A stretch of 42,342 nt of DNA from an uncultured Clostridia bacterium (GTDB lineage: Bacteria; Bacillota; Clostridia; TANB77; CAG-508): NCBI GenBank assembly GCA_944393755.1, contig CALYBF010000002.1:1-42342 (forward strand), written 5' to 3'. Shown here one piece after another: positions 18,339 to 26,800 of this stretch. The notes beneath the pieces are model-generated. The model had not been told where the DNA came from, did no database searches, and saw only the letters and a program-made list of their open reading frames with translations. The stretch's first letter is position 1. Every line of letters starts with the position of its first letter. Both the position numbers and the translations under genes were made by a program.

Positions 18339-18620
18339 ATGGACGAAGAAAATGAAGTAATAAAGGAATCTAACACAAATACAGAAAAGAAACTTAATAT
18401 TTGTGCATTACTTAGTTTTATATTTTCTTTAGTTGGACTTTTTGTATTTGGTTTCCCTTTAGGAATTGCTGCTATTATATTAGGAATAATAGGAATTGTA
18501 AAATCTAATAAGGAAAAACAAAATTTTAAATGGATGGCAATTGTAGGTCTAGTGTTAGGTTCAATTGATATAATAGCTATATTGTTATCTGTTGTAGCAT
18601 TATATTCAATAATAGCATAA
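18339..18620 (+). CDS. Small DUF4190-like membrane protein
   Basis: Two TM helices with the typical G.AAIILGIIG...S motif. GGAGG RBS. Confidence 0.6.
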   Translation: MDEENEVIKESNTNTEKKLNICALLSFIFSLVGLFVFGFPLGIAAIILGIIGIVKSNKEKQNFKWMAIVGLVLGSIDIIAILLSVVALYSIIA

Positions 18621-18771
18621 AATTTAAAGAAGATAATTATATAAGTGATAAAAATAATAAAGAAGAAATATATTTAAGGTTAAACCTTATCTGTATTTCT
18701 TTTTTTCTTGAAAAAATAAATTTTAAATGATAAAATAACTAAAAATAAAAGATAAATAAAAAGGAGTAAAT

Positions 18772-21700
18772 ATGGAGTGGACTAAAGAACAAAAGCAAGC
18801 AATCGAAGAAAAAGGTTCTAATATATTAGTTGCAGCAGCAGCAGGTAGTGGAAAAACAGCAGTGTTAGTTGAAAGAATTATAAAAAAAGTATTAAAAGAC
18901 GGAATAGATATAGATAAATTATTAGTAGTTACATTTACAAATGCGGCAGCTGCTGAAATGAGAGAAAGAGTATTAGATGCAATATATAAAAAATTAGACG
19001 ACAACCCTAATTCTGAGAAATTATTAAGACAAATAACATTATTAAATAAAGCAAGTATATGTACAATAGACTCTTTTTGTTTAGATGTAGTTAGAAATAA
19101 TTTTTATGAATTAGAAAATCTATCTCCAAATTTTAGAATAGCAGACACAACAGAAATAGAACTTCTAAAACAAGAAGTAATAGAAGATTTATTTGAAAGA
19201 AAATATGAAGAAGAAAACGAAGATTTTACAAAATTAATTCATACATATACATCATATAAAGATGATACACCTCTAAAAGATTTAATACTAAAAATATATA
19301 ATTATATACAAAGTAACCCTTTCCCAGAAAAGTGGCTAAGAGAAAAGATAGAAATGTTTAATATTGGAGAAGATTTAGATAAAGATTTTTCTGATACAGT
19401 ATGGGGAAAAGTTTTATTAGAAGAAATAAAAGAAGATTTAACAGACGCAATAACATCATTAGAAAGTGCAAGAAAGCTACTTTACGATAATAAAGATTTA
19501 GAAGGTTATTTAAAAATAATAGAACACGATATTGATATGTTAAATAATCTAAAAGCAAATTTAAATAATTGGGATAATGCATATGAAATAAATAAAGTAT
19601 TAGAATTTATAAAATGGAGTGGTAAAAGAATAGATTCTAAAGAAAAAGAAGAGGCAAAAAATATTAGAGATTCTGTAAAAGATAATTTAAAAGTTTTAGA
19701 TAATATATTAGTATGTGATTCAAAAACAGCAAATAGAGATATTTTTGATATGTATAATATATTATTAAAATTAGAAAATATAATATTAGAATTTGGAGAA
19801 GAGTTTTCTAAAAGAAAAAGAGATAAAAATATAGTAGATTTCCAAGATGTGGAACATTTTGCACTTAAAATATTAATAAAAGAACAAGACGGAAAAATAG
19901 AAGATACTTTAGTTGCAAAAAAATACCAAGAAAAATACGAAGAAATTGCAATTGATGAATACCAAGATAGTAACTTAGTACAAGAATATATATTAAATTC
20001 CGTGTCTAGGAAAACTAATATTTTTATGGTTGGTGATGTTAAACAAAGTATATATAAGTTCCGCCAAGCTATGCCTGAATTATTTATTAGTAAATATAAG
20101 ACTTATAAAAATAAAGAAGATAAAAAAGAAGAAGATAATTTAAAAATACAATTATTTAAAAACTTTAGAAGTAGGGAAAATATATTATATTTTACTAATT
20201 TAATATTCCAAGATATTATGAGTGATGGTTTAGGAGATATTAATTATAATGAAGATGAATATTTAAACTTAGGAGCAGATTATAAAGAAAGTAAAGAAAA
20301 TTTAAATACAGAAATAGATATTATAGATCTATTAGAAGATGAAAAAGAAAACTTAAAAGAAAGTTACAAAGAAAATGAAGAAAATTCAGAAGATGAAAGA
20401 ATTGAAGATGTAGAATTAGAAGCGAGATTTGTTGCAAATAAAATTAAAGAATTAATAGATAATAAATTCCAAGTGTGGGATAGGAAGAAAGAAAAATATA
20501 GAGATATATCATATAAAGATATAGTAATTTTATTAAGGTCTACATCAAATATAGCAAGTGTGTATGAACAAGAACTTTTAAATTTAGATTTGCCTGTATT
20601 TTCTGATAGTTCACAAGAATATTTAGAATCTATAGAAATAGAAACAATAATGAATTTATTAAAAATAATAGATAACCCTATGCAAGATATACCACTTGTT
20701 TCTGTAATGAGGTCATACATAGGTAAGTTTACAGATAATGATTTAGTAAGAATACGTCTATCAGATAAATTTGATAATTTTTATATTTGTATGGAAAAAG
20801 CTCTTGTAGATGTTGATTCTGAATTAAAAGAAAAAATAAAAAGCTTTTTTGATAAACTTGATATGTGGAGAAAAGAACAAGAATATTTATCTTTAGATGA
20901 GCTTATTTGGAAGATTTATTGGGATACTGGATATTACAATTATTGTGGTCTTATGCCAAATGGTGTTTTAAGACAAGCAAATTTAAAAATGTTATTCCAA
21001 AAAGCAAAAGAATATGAAAGTTCAAATTTTAAAGGTTTATATAATTTTATAAATTTTATAGACAAAATAAAAACTTCTAGTGGAGATATGGGTTCTGCAA
21101 AACTAATTGGTGAAAACGATGATGTTGTTAGAATAATGAGTATTCATAAAAGCAAAGGACTTGAATTTCCTGTAGTATTTTTATCAAGCACAGGTAAACA
21201 ATTTAATTTAAACGATTTAAAAGAAGATGTATTATTACATCAAGATATGGGAATAGGTGCAAAATACATAGATTATGATATGCAAATTAAATATGACACT
21301 CTAAGTAAAAGAGCAATTAAAGATAAAATATTAACAGAAACATTATCTGAAGAAATGAGAATTTTATATGTTGCTTTAACTAGAGCAAAAGAGAAATTGT
21401 TTATTACAGGAATTAGTAAAGATATTAAAAAAGAATTAGAAAAAATAGATGCAAATATTGAAAGATATGAAAAACAAGATAATAAAATAAACCCTATTTT
21501 AATTAAAAAATGTAAAAAATATCTAGAGTGGATATTATATGTATATCAATATGAAAAGAATTCTTGTAAAGACAAAATAGATTTTAATATTTACAAAAAG
21601 AAAGAATTACTTACAAAGTTTAAAAAAGTAGATAATGAAGAAATAGATGTGTTTAATGAGTTAGAAGAAAAGTCAAAAGAGTATAAAAATGATTTTAGTG

Positions 21701-22401
21701 ATATTAAGAAAATATTAGAATATAAATATAAAAATATTTTAGATACAACTATACCTACTAAAACTTCTGTTACAGCTTTAAAGGACTTAAGTAATAAAAA
21801 TAATAATGTGAAAATAGAAGAGAAAGAAGAACAAAAAGAAATAAGTTTTAAAGAGCCTAATTTCTTAAAAAATGGAAAAGAAGAAAAGATAACAGCAAGT
21901 AAAAAAGGTAGTTTAATACATCTTTGTTTACAAAAACTAGATATTAATATAGATTATGATTTAGCTAAAATTACTAATTTATTAGATGAATTAGAGATGA
22001 AAAAAATTATTACTCCTAAAGAAAAAGAAGCCATTAATGTAAACAAAATTTTAGAGTTTACTAAATCTAAGATATGGGAAGAATTAAAAACAGCTAAAAA
22101 AATTGAAAAAGAAAAACCTTTTTATATAAATATTAAAGCAAAAGATATTTATAATAAAGAAACTGATGAAAATATACTTGTTCAAGGTATTATAGATTTA
22201 TATTATATAGATAAAGATAATAATATAAATTTAGTTGATTATAAGACTGATTACATTGAAAATGGTAATGAAATAGAATTAGTAAATAGATATAAAGAAC
22301 AATTATATTTATATAAAAAAGCTTTAGAACAAGTGTATAAAAAAGAAGTTAAAAATACATATATTTATTCAGTATATTTAAATAAAGAAATAAGAATATA
22401 A
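18772..22401 (+). CDS. addA: ATP-dependent helicase/nuclease subunit A (AddA/RexA)
   Basis: UvrD-like motifs (WTKEQKQAIE, AAAGSGKT, VVTFTNAAAAEMRER, IDEYQDSN, VGDVKQSIYKFR, IMSIHKSKGLEFPVVF, LYVALTRAKE) and a C-terminal RecB-type nuclease motif (GIIDLYY....LVDYKTD). Confidence 0.93.
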   Translation: MEWTKEQKQAIEEKGSNILVAAAAGSGKTAVLVERIIKKVLKDGIDIDKLLVVTFTNAAAAEMRERVLDAIYKKLDDNPNSEKLLRQITLLNKASICTIDSFCLDVVRNNFYELENLSPNFRIADTTEIELLKQEVIEDLFERKYEEENEDFTKLIHTYTSYKDDTPLKDLILKIYNYIQSNPFPEKWLREKIEMFNIGEDLDKDFSDTVWGKVLLEEIKEDLTDAITSLESARKLLYDNKDLEGYLKIIEHDIDMLNNLKANLNNWDNAYEINKVLEFIKWSGKRIDSKEKEEAKNIRDSVKDNLKVLDNILVCDSKTANRDIFDMYNILLKLENIILEFGEEFSKRKRDKNIVDFQDVEHFALKILIKEQDGKIEDTLVAKKYQEKYEEIAIDEYQDSNLVQEYILNSVSRKTNIFMVGDVKQSIYKFRQAMPELFISKYKTYKNKEDKKEEDNLKIQLFKNFRSRENILYFTNLIFQDIMSDGLGDINYNEDEYLNLGADYKESKENLNTEIDIIDLLEDEKENLKESYKENEENSEDERIEDVELEARFVANKIKELIDNKFQVWDRKKEKYRDISYKDIVILLRSTSNIASVYEQELLNLDLPVFSDSSQEYLESIEIETIMNLLKIIDNPMQDIPLVSVMRSYIGKFTDNDLVRIRLSDKFDNFYICMEKALVDVDSELKEKIKSFFDKLDMWRKEQEYLSLDELIWKIYWDTGYYNYCGLMPNGVLRQANLKMLFQKAKEYESSNFKGLYNFINFIDKIKTSSGDMGSAKLIGENDDVVRIMSIHKSKGLEFPVVFLSSTGKQFNLNDLKEDVLLHQDMGIGAKYIDYDMQIKYDTLSKRAIKDKILTETLSEEMRILYVALTRAKEKLFITGISKDIKKELEKIDANIERYEKQDNKINPILIKKCKKYLEWILYVYQYEKNSCKDKIDFNIYKKKELLTKFKKVDNEEIDVFNELEEKSKEYKNDFSDIKKILEYKYKNILDTTIPTKTSVTALKDLSNKNNNVKIEEKEEQKEISFKEPNFLKNGKEEKITASKKGSLIHLCLQKLDINIDYDLAKITNLLDELEMKKIITPKEKEAINVNKILEFTKSKIWEELKTAKKIEKEKPFYINIKAKDIYNKETDENILVQGIIDLYYIDKDNNINLVDYKTDYIENGNEIELVNRYKEQLYLYKKALEQVYKKEVKNTYIYSVYLNKEIRI

Positions 22402-22440
22402 AAGCACTACCACAGTGATTTTTTGCTGTGGTAGTGCTTT
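22401..22440. terminator. Bidirectional terminator between addA and a convergent small gene
   Basis: 15-bp perfect hairpin AAAGCACTACCACAG (22401-22415) / CTGTGGTAGTGCTTT (22426-22440). Confidence 0.8.
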
Positions 22441-22446
22441 GGATAA

Positions 22447-22710
22447 TTAATAGAAAATTGCATAGACAAAGATAATTAATGTAGCAACTTTTCTCAAAAT
22501 TGTAACTTTATCTTTCAACAGATCTCTTCCAAGGCTGAAGAAAGATGAAGCAAGCAATACTGTTATCGAAATCTTTTTCAAATACGAAGTATAAATATTT
22601 GGTTCGACAAGAGAAAGTACTATAAGCACAACGCCAAACAGAATTGCTACAATACTAACAAGATTGTCAATAACATTATCCCGTTCTTGATTCCTTTTCT
22701 CATCATCCAT
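22447..22710 (-). CDS. Hypothetical small membrane protein (87 aa, about 3 TM helices)
   Basis: ORF with a GGAG RBS (complement of 22716-22722). It is a hydrophobic helical protein and no family was recognised. Confidence 0.5.
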   Translation of the reverse strand: MDDEKRNQERDNVIDNLVSIVAILFGVVLIVLSLVEPNIYTSYLKKISITVLLASSFFSLGRDLLKDKVTILRKVATLIIFVYAIFY

Positions 22711-22811
22711 TTTTTTCTCCTAACCCTAGTCTAGATTTGGATATATTACAAAGGCATTTGCCCTGATGTAAAAGTATTTTAACACATATTTACATAATTT
22801 GCAATAAGTTA

Positions 22812-22840
22812 TTGAAAAATATGTCTAAATTTGGTATAAT
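22812..22840 (+). promoter_or_regulatory. SigmaA promoter with extended -10
   Basis: TTGAAA (22812-22817), a 17-nt spacer, then TGgTATAAT (22832-22840). Confidence 0.6.
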
Positions 22841-22871
22841 AAATATATTCTAGTGAAAGGGAAAAGGAAAA

Positions 22872-23357
22872 ATGAAAAGATTAAAAACTTTTTTAATATA
22901 TGCACTAATAATTATTGGGTTTTATTTCTTCTCAGAATTTATAATTACAGTAGGTTTAAATTCATCATATGAAGATATTATAAGAAAAGATAATGTATCA
23001 CAAGTAGAAATATATGAAGCACAAGCAACGCTTGTTAATGGAAAAGTAAAAGGTGTAATAAAAGATTCAAGAGGAAATGAGAGTTTAACAGGTAAATATG
23101 TAGAATTAGATTTTTATAGCAAAAGAGATAATGTAGTTGCAAGAAAATACATACCAATAGAAACAACTGATGTAAATACTACACAAGAATTTAGTATATA
23201 TTTTGAAGCAGAAGATGTAACATCATATTCTATAGCTATAGTAGATGAAAAAGAACAAGGAGAATTAAATACTGAATTAGAAGATTGGGAGAGAATAGCA
23301 ATATATATAGGACTATTTCTTGGAATAATTAATATTCCAAATCTATTAGCATTATAA
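22872..23357 (+). CDS. Hypothetical membrane-anchored protein (N- and C-terminal TM helices)
   Basis: ORF with an AAAGGGAAAAGGA purine-rich RBS region. The composition is host-like and AT-rich. No family was recognised. Confidence 0.55.
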   Translation: MKRLKTFLIYALIIIGFYFFSEFIITVGLNSSYEDIIRKDNVSQVEIYEAQATLVNGKVKGVIKDSRGNESLTGKYVELDFYSKRDNVVARKYIPIETTDVNTTQEFSIYFEAEDVTSYSIAIVDEKEQGELNTELEDWERIAIYIGLFLGIINIPNLLAL

Positions 23358-23369
23358 TAAAATTAAAAA

Positions 23370-23399
23370 GGAAGAAGAGCTTATTTGAGCTCTTCTTCC
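23370..23399. terminator. Bidirectional terminator, shared by 22872-23357 (+) and the peptide gene (-)
   Basis: 12-bp perfect hairpin GGAAGAAGAGCT (23370-23381) / AGCTCTTCTTCC (23388-23399). Confidence 0.7.
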
Positions 23400-23405
23400 G
23401 TGATA

Positions 23406-23573
23406 CTAACTAAAAACGGAAACGCACGTTACTCCACAGCCGTTTTTGCATTGTCCGTTGCAATTTGGACACCCAATCTCATAGATTGGAGTCATTGGCT
23501 TCTTTTGGCTAGAGTCAAAAGAATCAAGCTTCTTTTCGAGCATAGAAAGCTCTTGCTTAGACAACGAAAGCAT
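23406..23573 (-). CDS. Cys-rich RiPP precursor peptide candidate (55 aa): MLSLSKQELSMLEKKLDSFDSSQKKPMTPIYEIGCPNCNGQCKNGCGVTCVSVFS
   Basis: Hand-translated minus-strand ORF that is absent from the ORF track. ATG is the complement of 23571-23573 and TAG is the complement of 23406-23408. A GGAGGAG RBS lies 4 nt upstream. It has a helical acidic/basic leader and a C-terminal C-x2-C-x3-C-x3-C-x3-C core. It sits 96 nt downstream of, and co-oriented with, the rSAM/SPASM gene, with a terminator right after it. Confidence 0.75.
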   Translation of the reverse strand: MLSLSKQELSMLEKKLDSFDSSQKKPMTPIYEIGCPNCNGQCKNGCGVTCVSVFS

Positions 23574-23669
23574 TTCTCCTCCTTAATTGGACTGTTGATT
23601 ACATTGCCTAACAACAATTAATGTTATGGATATAGCATTTTAATCACCTCCTAGATGAGGGGACGAATG

Positions 23670-24776
23670 TTATATACAAAGTTCTTGGTTCAAGCTGTAA
23701 ACTGAACTAAGAACTCTGTAATCATCGTATGTCAAAGAAGAAGTTGGCTTTGACATAATACGATGAAATTTAACATAAGCATTAAACATAGCAATTAATT
23801 TATTAAATTGGCAATGTTCCTTATCTCTCTCGTTTATTTTGCCAGTCAATGAATAATTCATACCATAACAAGTAGAACAAACATTGTTTAATATACAGTT
23901 TTTACATTTAGGATCTGCTAGATTAGATTCATCTTCAAATAGAAGAGTATCTAAATCTATTGGTTTACCTTGTGTTAACTGCATAAATGATTGGCAAGGA
24001 AAACAATTTCCTTCAACATCATAGGCTTTCATTTGCTTTCCAGCACCACACCATCTTGTAGGAGTGGTAACTTGAGAAGAGATATATTCCAAACGCAAAT
24101 CTAGAATTTCAGCAATTGGAACAAGAGGGTGATCTAGATAATATTGTGCTAATATGTCCAATTGTTTTTCCAAAATAGGAAGGTCTATATCTAGATCCCA
24201 ATTGATTCCGAAAGCAAAACTACCAGAACAGGCAAACCCAAAACTTTGAATAAAAATAATTCCTTCAGCCAAATTAGGTAAAGATTCTCTAGAAACAGTC
24301 ATTTTTATGTCTTGTTGAGGCCAGCAATGCTTGAAAAAACCTATGTCAATAAGGTCAAAAGAATTGCTTCTATTGATATTGTGCATTTGCCTAGTTCCGT
24401 CTAGACTTATTCCGACACAGAAACTTTCTTTGTTTATTTCGAGCCAATCTTGAATTGAGCCGTGAATAAGTGTGCCGTTTGATGTAGAAAAACATATTCT
24501 GCGATGAGGGCTTTGGATAGAGAGTACATAATCGTGTATTTCTTTCAGCAATTCGAATTCAAGAAATGGTTCTCCACCAAACAAATCTACTTCAATAAAA
24601 TCAAAGCCGTCTTGCAGAGAAAACTCATAATCAAGAATCTTTTTTGCTGTTTCAAAACTCATACTTCTAGGAGATTTACAGTGCTCATAACAGTAAGAAC
24701 AATTCAAATTACATTTTTCTGTTACTGTAAGCATTACTGTTTTTCTTCCTTCAAAGTCGAATACTGTTGCACTCAT
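23670..24776 (-). CDS. Radical SAM enzyme with C-terminal SPASM domain (peptide-modifying maturase, anSME-like)
   Basis: CNLNCSYCY is a CxxxCxxC radical-SAM cluster motif at residues 22-29, and GGEPFL is a SAM-binding motif. SPASM-type auxiliary-cluster cysteines are also present: WCGAGKQMKAYDVEGNCFPC and CKNCILNNVCSTCYG....HC. Confidence 0.88.
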   Translation of the reverse strand: MSATVFDFEGRKTVMLTVTEKCNLNCSYCYEHCKSPRSMSFETAKKILDYEFSLQDGFDFIEVDLFGGEPFLEFELLKEIHDYVLSIQSPHRRICFSTSNGTLIHGSIQDWLEINKESFCVGISLDGTRQMHNINRSNSFDLIDIGFFKHCWPQQDIKMTVSRESLPNLAEGIIFIQSFGFACSGSFAFGINWDLDIDLPILEKQLDILAQYYLDHPLVPIAEILDLRLEYISSQVTTPTRWCGAGKQMKAYDVEGNCFPCQSFMQLTQGKPIDLDTLLFEDESNLADPKCKNCILNNVCSTCYGMNYSLTGKINERDKEHCQFNKLIAMFNAYVKFHRIMSKPTSSLTYDDYRVLSSVYSLNQELCI

Positions 24777-24826
24777 AATGCGAATCCTTTCTAATAGTTA
24801 GAACACAATATGTACAGTACGATTAT

Positions 24827-24855
24827 ATTATAATATATATCTTTTGTTATGTCAA
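24827..24855 (-). promoter_or_regulatory. Consensus sigmaA promoter of the rSAM-peptide operon
   Basis: On the minus strand: TTGACA (complement of 24850-24855), a 17-nt spacer, then TATAAT (complement of 24827-24832). It lies about 50 nt upstream of the rSAM start. Confidence 0.7.
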
Positions 24856-24943
24856 GTACGATATCTAAACAACTATAATTAATGATAAAACTATTTTTAA
24901 CTATCTATATTAATTTGTTAAAGTAAAACAAAAAGTGTTATAA

Positions 24944-24973
24944 AGTAAAAAAAGAGAAGCGGTTTGCTTCTCT
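24944..24973 (-). terminator. Rho-independent terminator of rqcH
   Basis: On the minus strand, directly after the stop: AGAGAAGC / GCTTCTCT hairpin (24953-24973) followed by a T-run (plus-strand A-run 24946-24952). It insulates rqcH from the rSAM cassette. Confidence 0.7.
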
Positions 24974-26683
24974 TTAATGGTTCTTAGGGTTAACATATAA
25001 AGTATTATAATTTGTGTAAATAACCATACCAGGTTTTGCACCTTTTGGTTTTTTAACATATTTAATAGGGCAAGTATCAACAGCAACATTTGAAGAAAAT
25101 CTTGCTTTGCTGTGGTATGCAGTAATTTCAGCACATTTAGTAAGCACATTTTCATCTGGTGTTTTATTATCTAAAATAAGAACTGCGTGGCTTCCGTGCA
25201 TGTCTTTTGTATGAAACCATATATCAGTTTTCTTAGCAAATTTTAAAGTTAAGTAATCATTTTCTTTATTATTTCTTCCAACTAATAAAGTAAAACCATC
25301 TATTATATATTTTAAAGGGTTAAAGTTTGTATTTTTATTTTTAGTAAGGTTAGACTTTTTAATTTTAGATTGTTTCTTAGTGTTTAAGTTTTTAGTTTTT
25401 TCTTTAAAAATATCATTTTCAGAAATCTCATCTAAAATTATACCAATTTCTTCAACAGAAGTAGCATTTTCTAATTCATAAACAACACTTTCAATATAAT
25501 CTAGTTCTTCTAAAGTCTCTTTTTTTTGAACAGAAACTATTTTTAAAGCATTTTTTAGTTTATTATATTTTTTAAAAAATTTTTTAGCATTAACAGAAGG
25601 AAGATATCTTTCATCTAAAGGAATTGTTATTAAATTATTGTTATCATAATAATTTTCTAAGTCAATTGTTTTTAAATTTTTATTAGGTATTTTATAAAGA
25701 TTAGCAGTTATGAGTTCTCCATATAATCTATATTTATCCATATTTTCACAATCTTTTAATTTATTATTAATACTTTCTAGTCTTTTATTATATTTTTTTA
25801 GAGTAGATAATATTAATTTTAAAACATTGTTACGGTTAGTTTTTAATTCTTCAGAAGTTTCTTTTTTATAATAGAAATCATCTAAAGAAAAATTAATAGA
25901 AAAATTATCACAATTATTGTCATCTGAAATAAGAAAATAATCTTTATCAGTTTTTTCTATTTTTAATTTTAAAGAATCAGTCCTATTAATAATGTCATTT
26001 AAAAAATTATAAATTTCATCTAAATTATTAAAATTATATTTTTCTAAAATAAATGAAATATAATTTTTACTAATACCATTATAATTATTACTAATTGCTT
26101 TTGAAATTAAGTTTTTGTCTGTTATTTTTCCTATATTTCCTAAAGAGGTTTTAAAACCATCTAAACTTTCTAATAAAAAATCTTTTTTACTAATTTTAGG
26201 ATATGTATATTTAATATGTGGTATTACAATATGTGTTGAATTTTCATTATTAATATGGCGAAGGCTATCTATTATAATGTTTTGGTCATCTAAAAGAATA
26301 ATATTACAATGTTTTCCCATAAGTTCTATTATTAGTTTTTTAGAAATAATATCATCTATATCATCAAAACCTTCAAACTCAATTGTAATAATTCTTTCTA
26401 AAGAATTTGTAATAATATTTTTAATACGTAAACCTAATAAATGTTTTCTTAAAACCATACAAAAATTAGGTGCTGTTTTAGGGTTTATCCAAGTTTTTGT
26501 TGTTAAATTCACTCTATAATTTTGAGGGTTTGTTGAAATATTTAAAGCATAATTTATTTTATCTAAATAAAAACCTAAAATAACAGTATTGTTATTTGGT
26601 TGGAATATTTTATCAATTCTAGCCTCTGTAAGTAAATTAAGTTCTGAAGCAACAGCTTTTGTTACAATTCCGTCATATGGCAT
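24974..26683 (-). CDS. rqcH: NFACT-family ribosome quality control protein RqcH (formerly fibronectin-binding protein A-like)
   Basis: N-terminal NFACT-N (MPYDGIVTKAVASELN....RIDKIFQP), a coiled-coil middle and C-terminal NFACT-R (DIWFHTKDMHGSHAVL, PGMVIY). Confidence 0.9.
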   Translation of the reverse strand: MPYDGIVTKAVASELNLLTEARIDKIFQPNNNTVILGFYLDKINYALNISTNPQNYRVNLTTKTWINPKTAPNFCMVLRKHLLGLRIKNIITNSLERIITIEFEGFDDIDDIISKKLIIELMGKHCNIILLDDQNIIIDSLRHINNENSTHIVIPHIKYTYPKISKKDFLLESLDGFKTSLGNIGKITDKNLISKAISNNYNGISKNYISFILEKYNFNNLDEIYNFLNDIINRTDSLKLKIEKTDKDYFLISDDNNCDNFSINFSLDDFYYKKETSEELKTNRNNVLKLILSTLKKYNKRLESINNKLKDCENMDKYRLYGELITANLYKIPNKNLKTIDLENYYDNNNLITIPLDERYLPSVNAKKFFKKYNKLKNALKIVSVQKKETLEELDYIESVVYELENATSVEEIGIILDEISENDIFKEKTKNLNTKKQSKIKKSNLTKNKNTNFNPLKYIIDGFTLLVGRNNKENDYLTLKFAKKTDIWFHTKDMHGSHAVLILDNKTPDENVLTKCAEITAYHSKARFSSNVAVDTCPIKYVKKPKGAKPGMVIYTNYNTLYVNPKNH

Positions 26684-26800
26684 TTTTAAAAAATCTCCTT
26701 TACAAATTTTTCTTAAATATTATAGCATAGAAAAACAAAAAAATCTATTGATAAAGATAAGGTTTTTATATATAATGTAGAAAAAAGTTTAGAGGTTATA

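Noticed and set aside
23385-23621. Track ORF of 78 aa on the + strand (MSSSSVILTKNGNARYST...)
   Set aside because: It starts inside the terminator hairpin, has no RBS, and is exactly antisense to the much better supported Cys-rich peptide gene, which has a strong RBS, a terminator and an rSAM neighbour. I treat it as an antisense artefact.
23624-23638. Four-codon mini-ORF (MLYP-stop) on the minus strand with a strong AGGAGGTGA RBS, between the rSAM gene and the peptide gene
   Set aside because: It is too short to support as a gene. The SD-like sequence may be fortuitous, or part of translational coupling or a UTR structure. It is noted only because it sits in the RiPP cassette.
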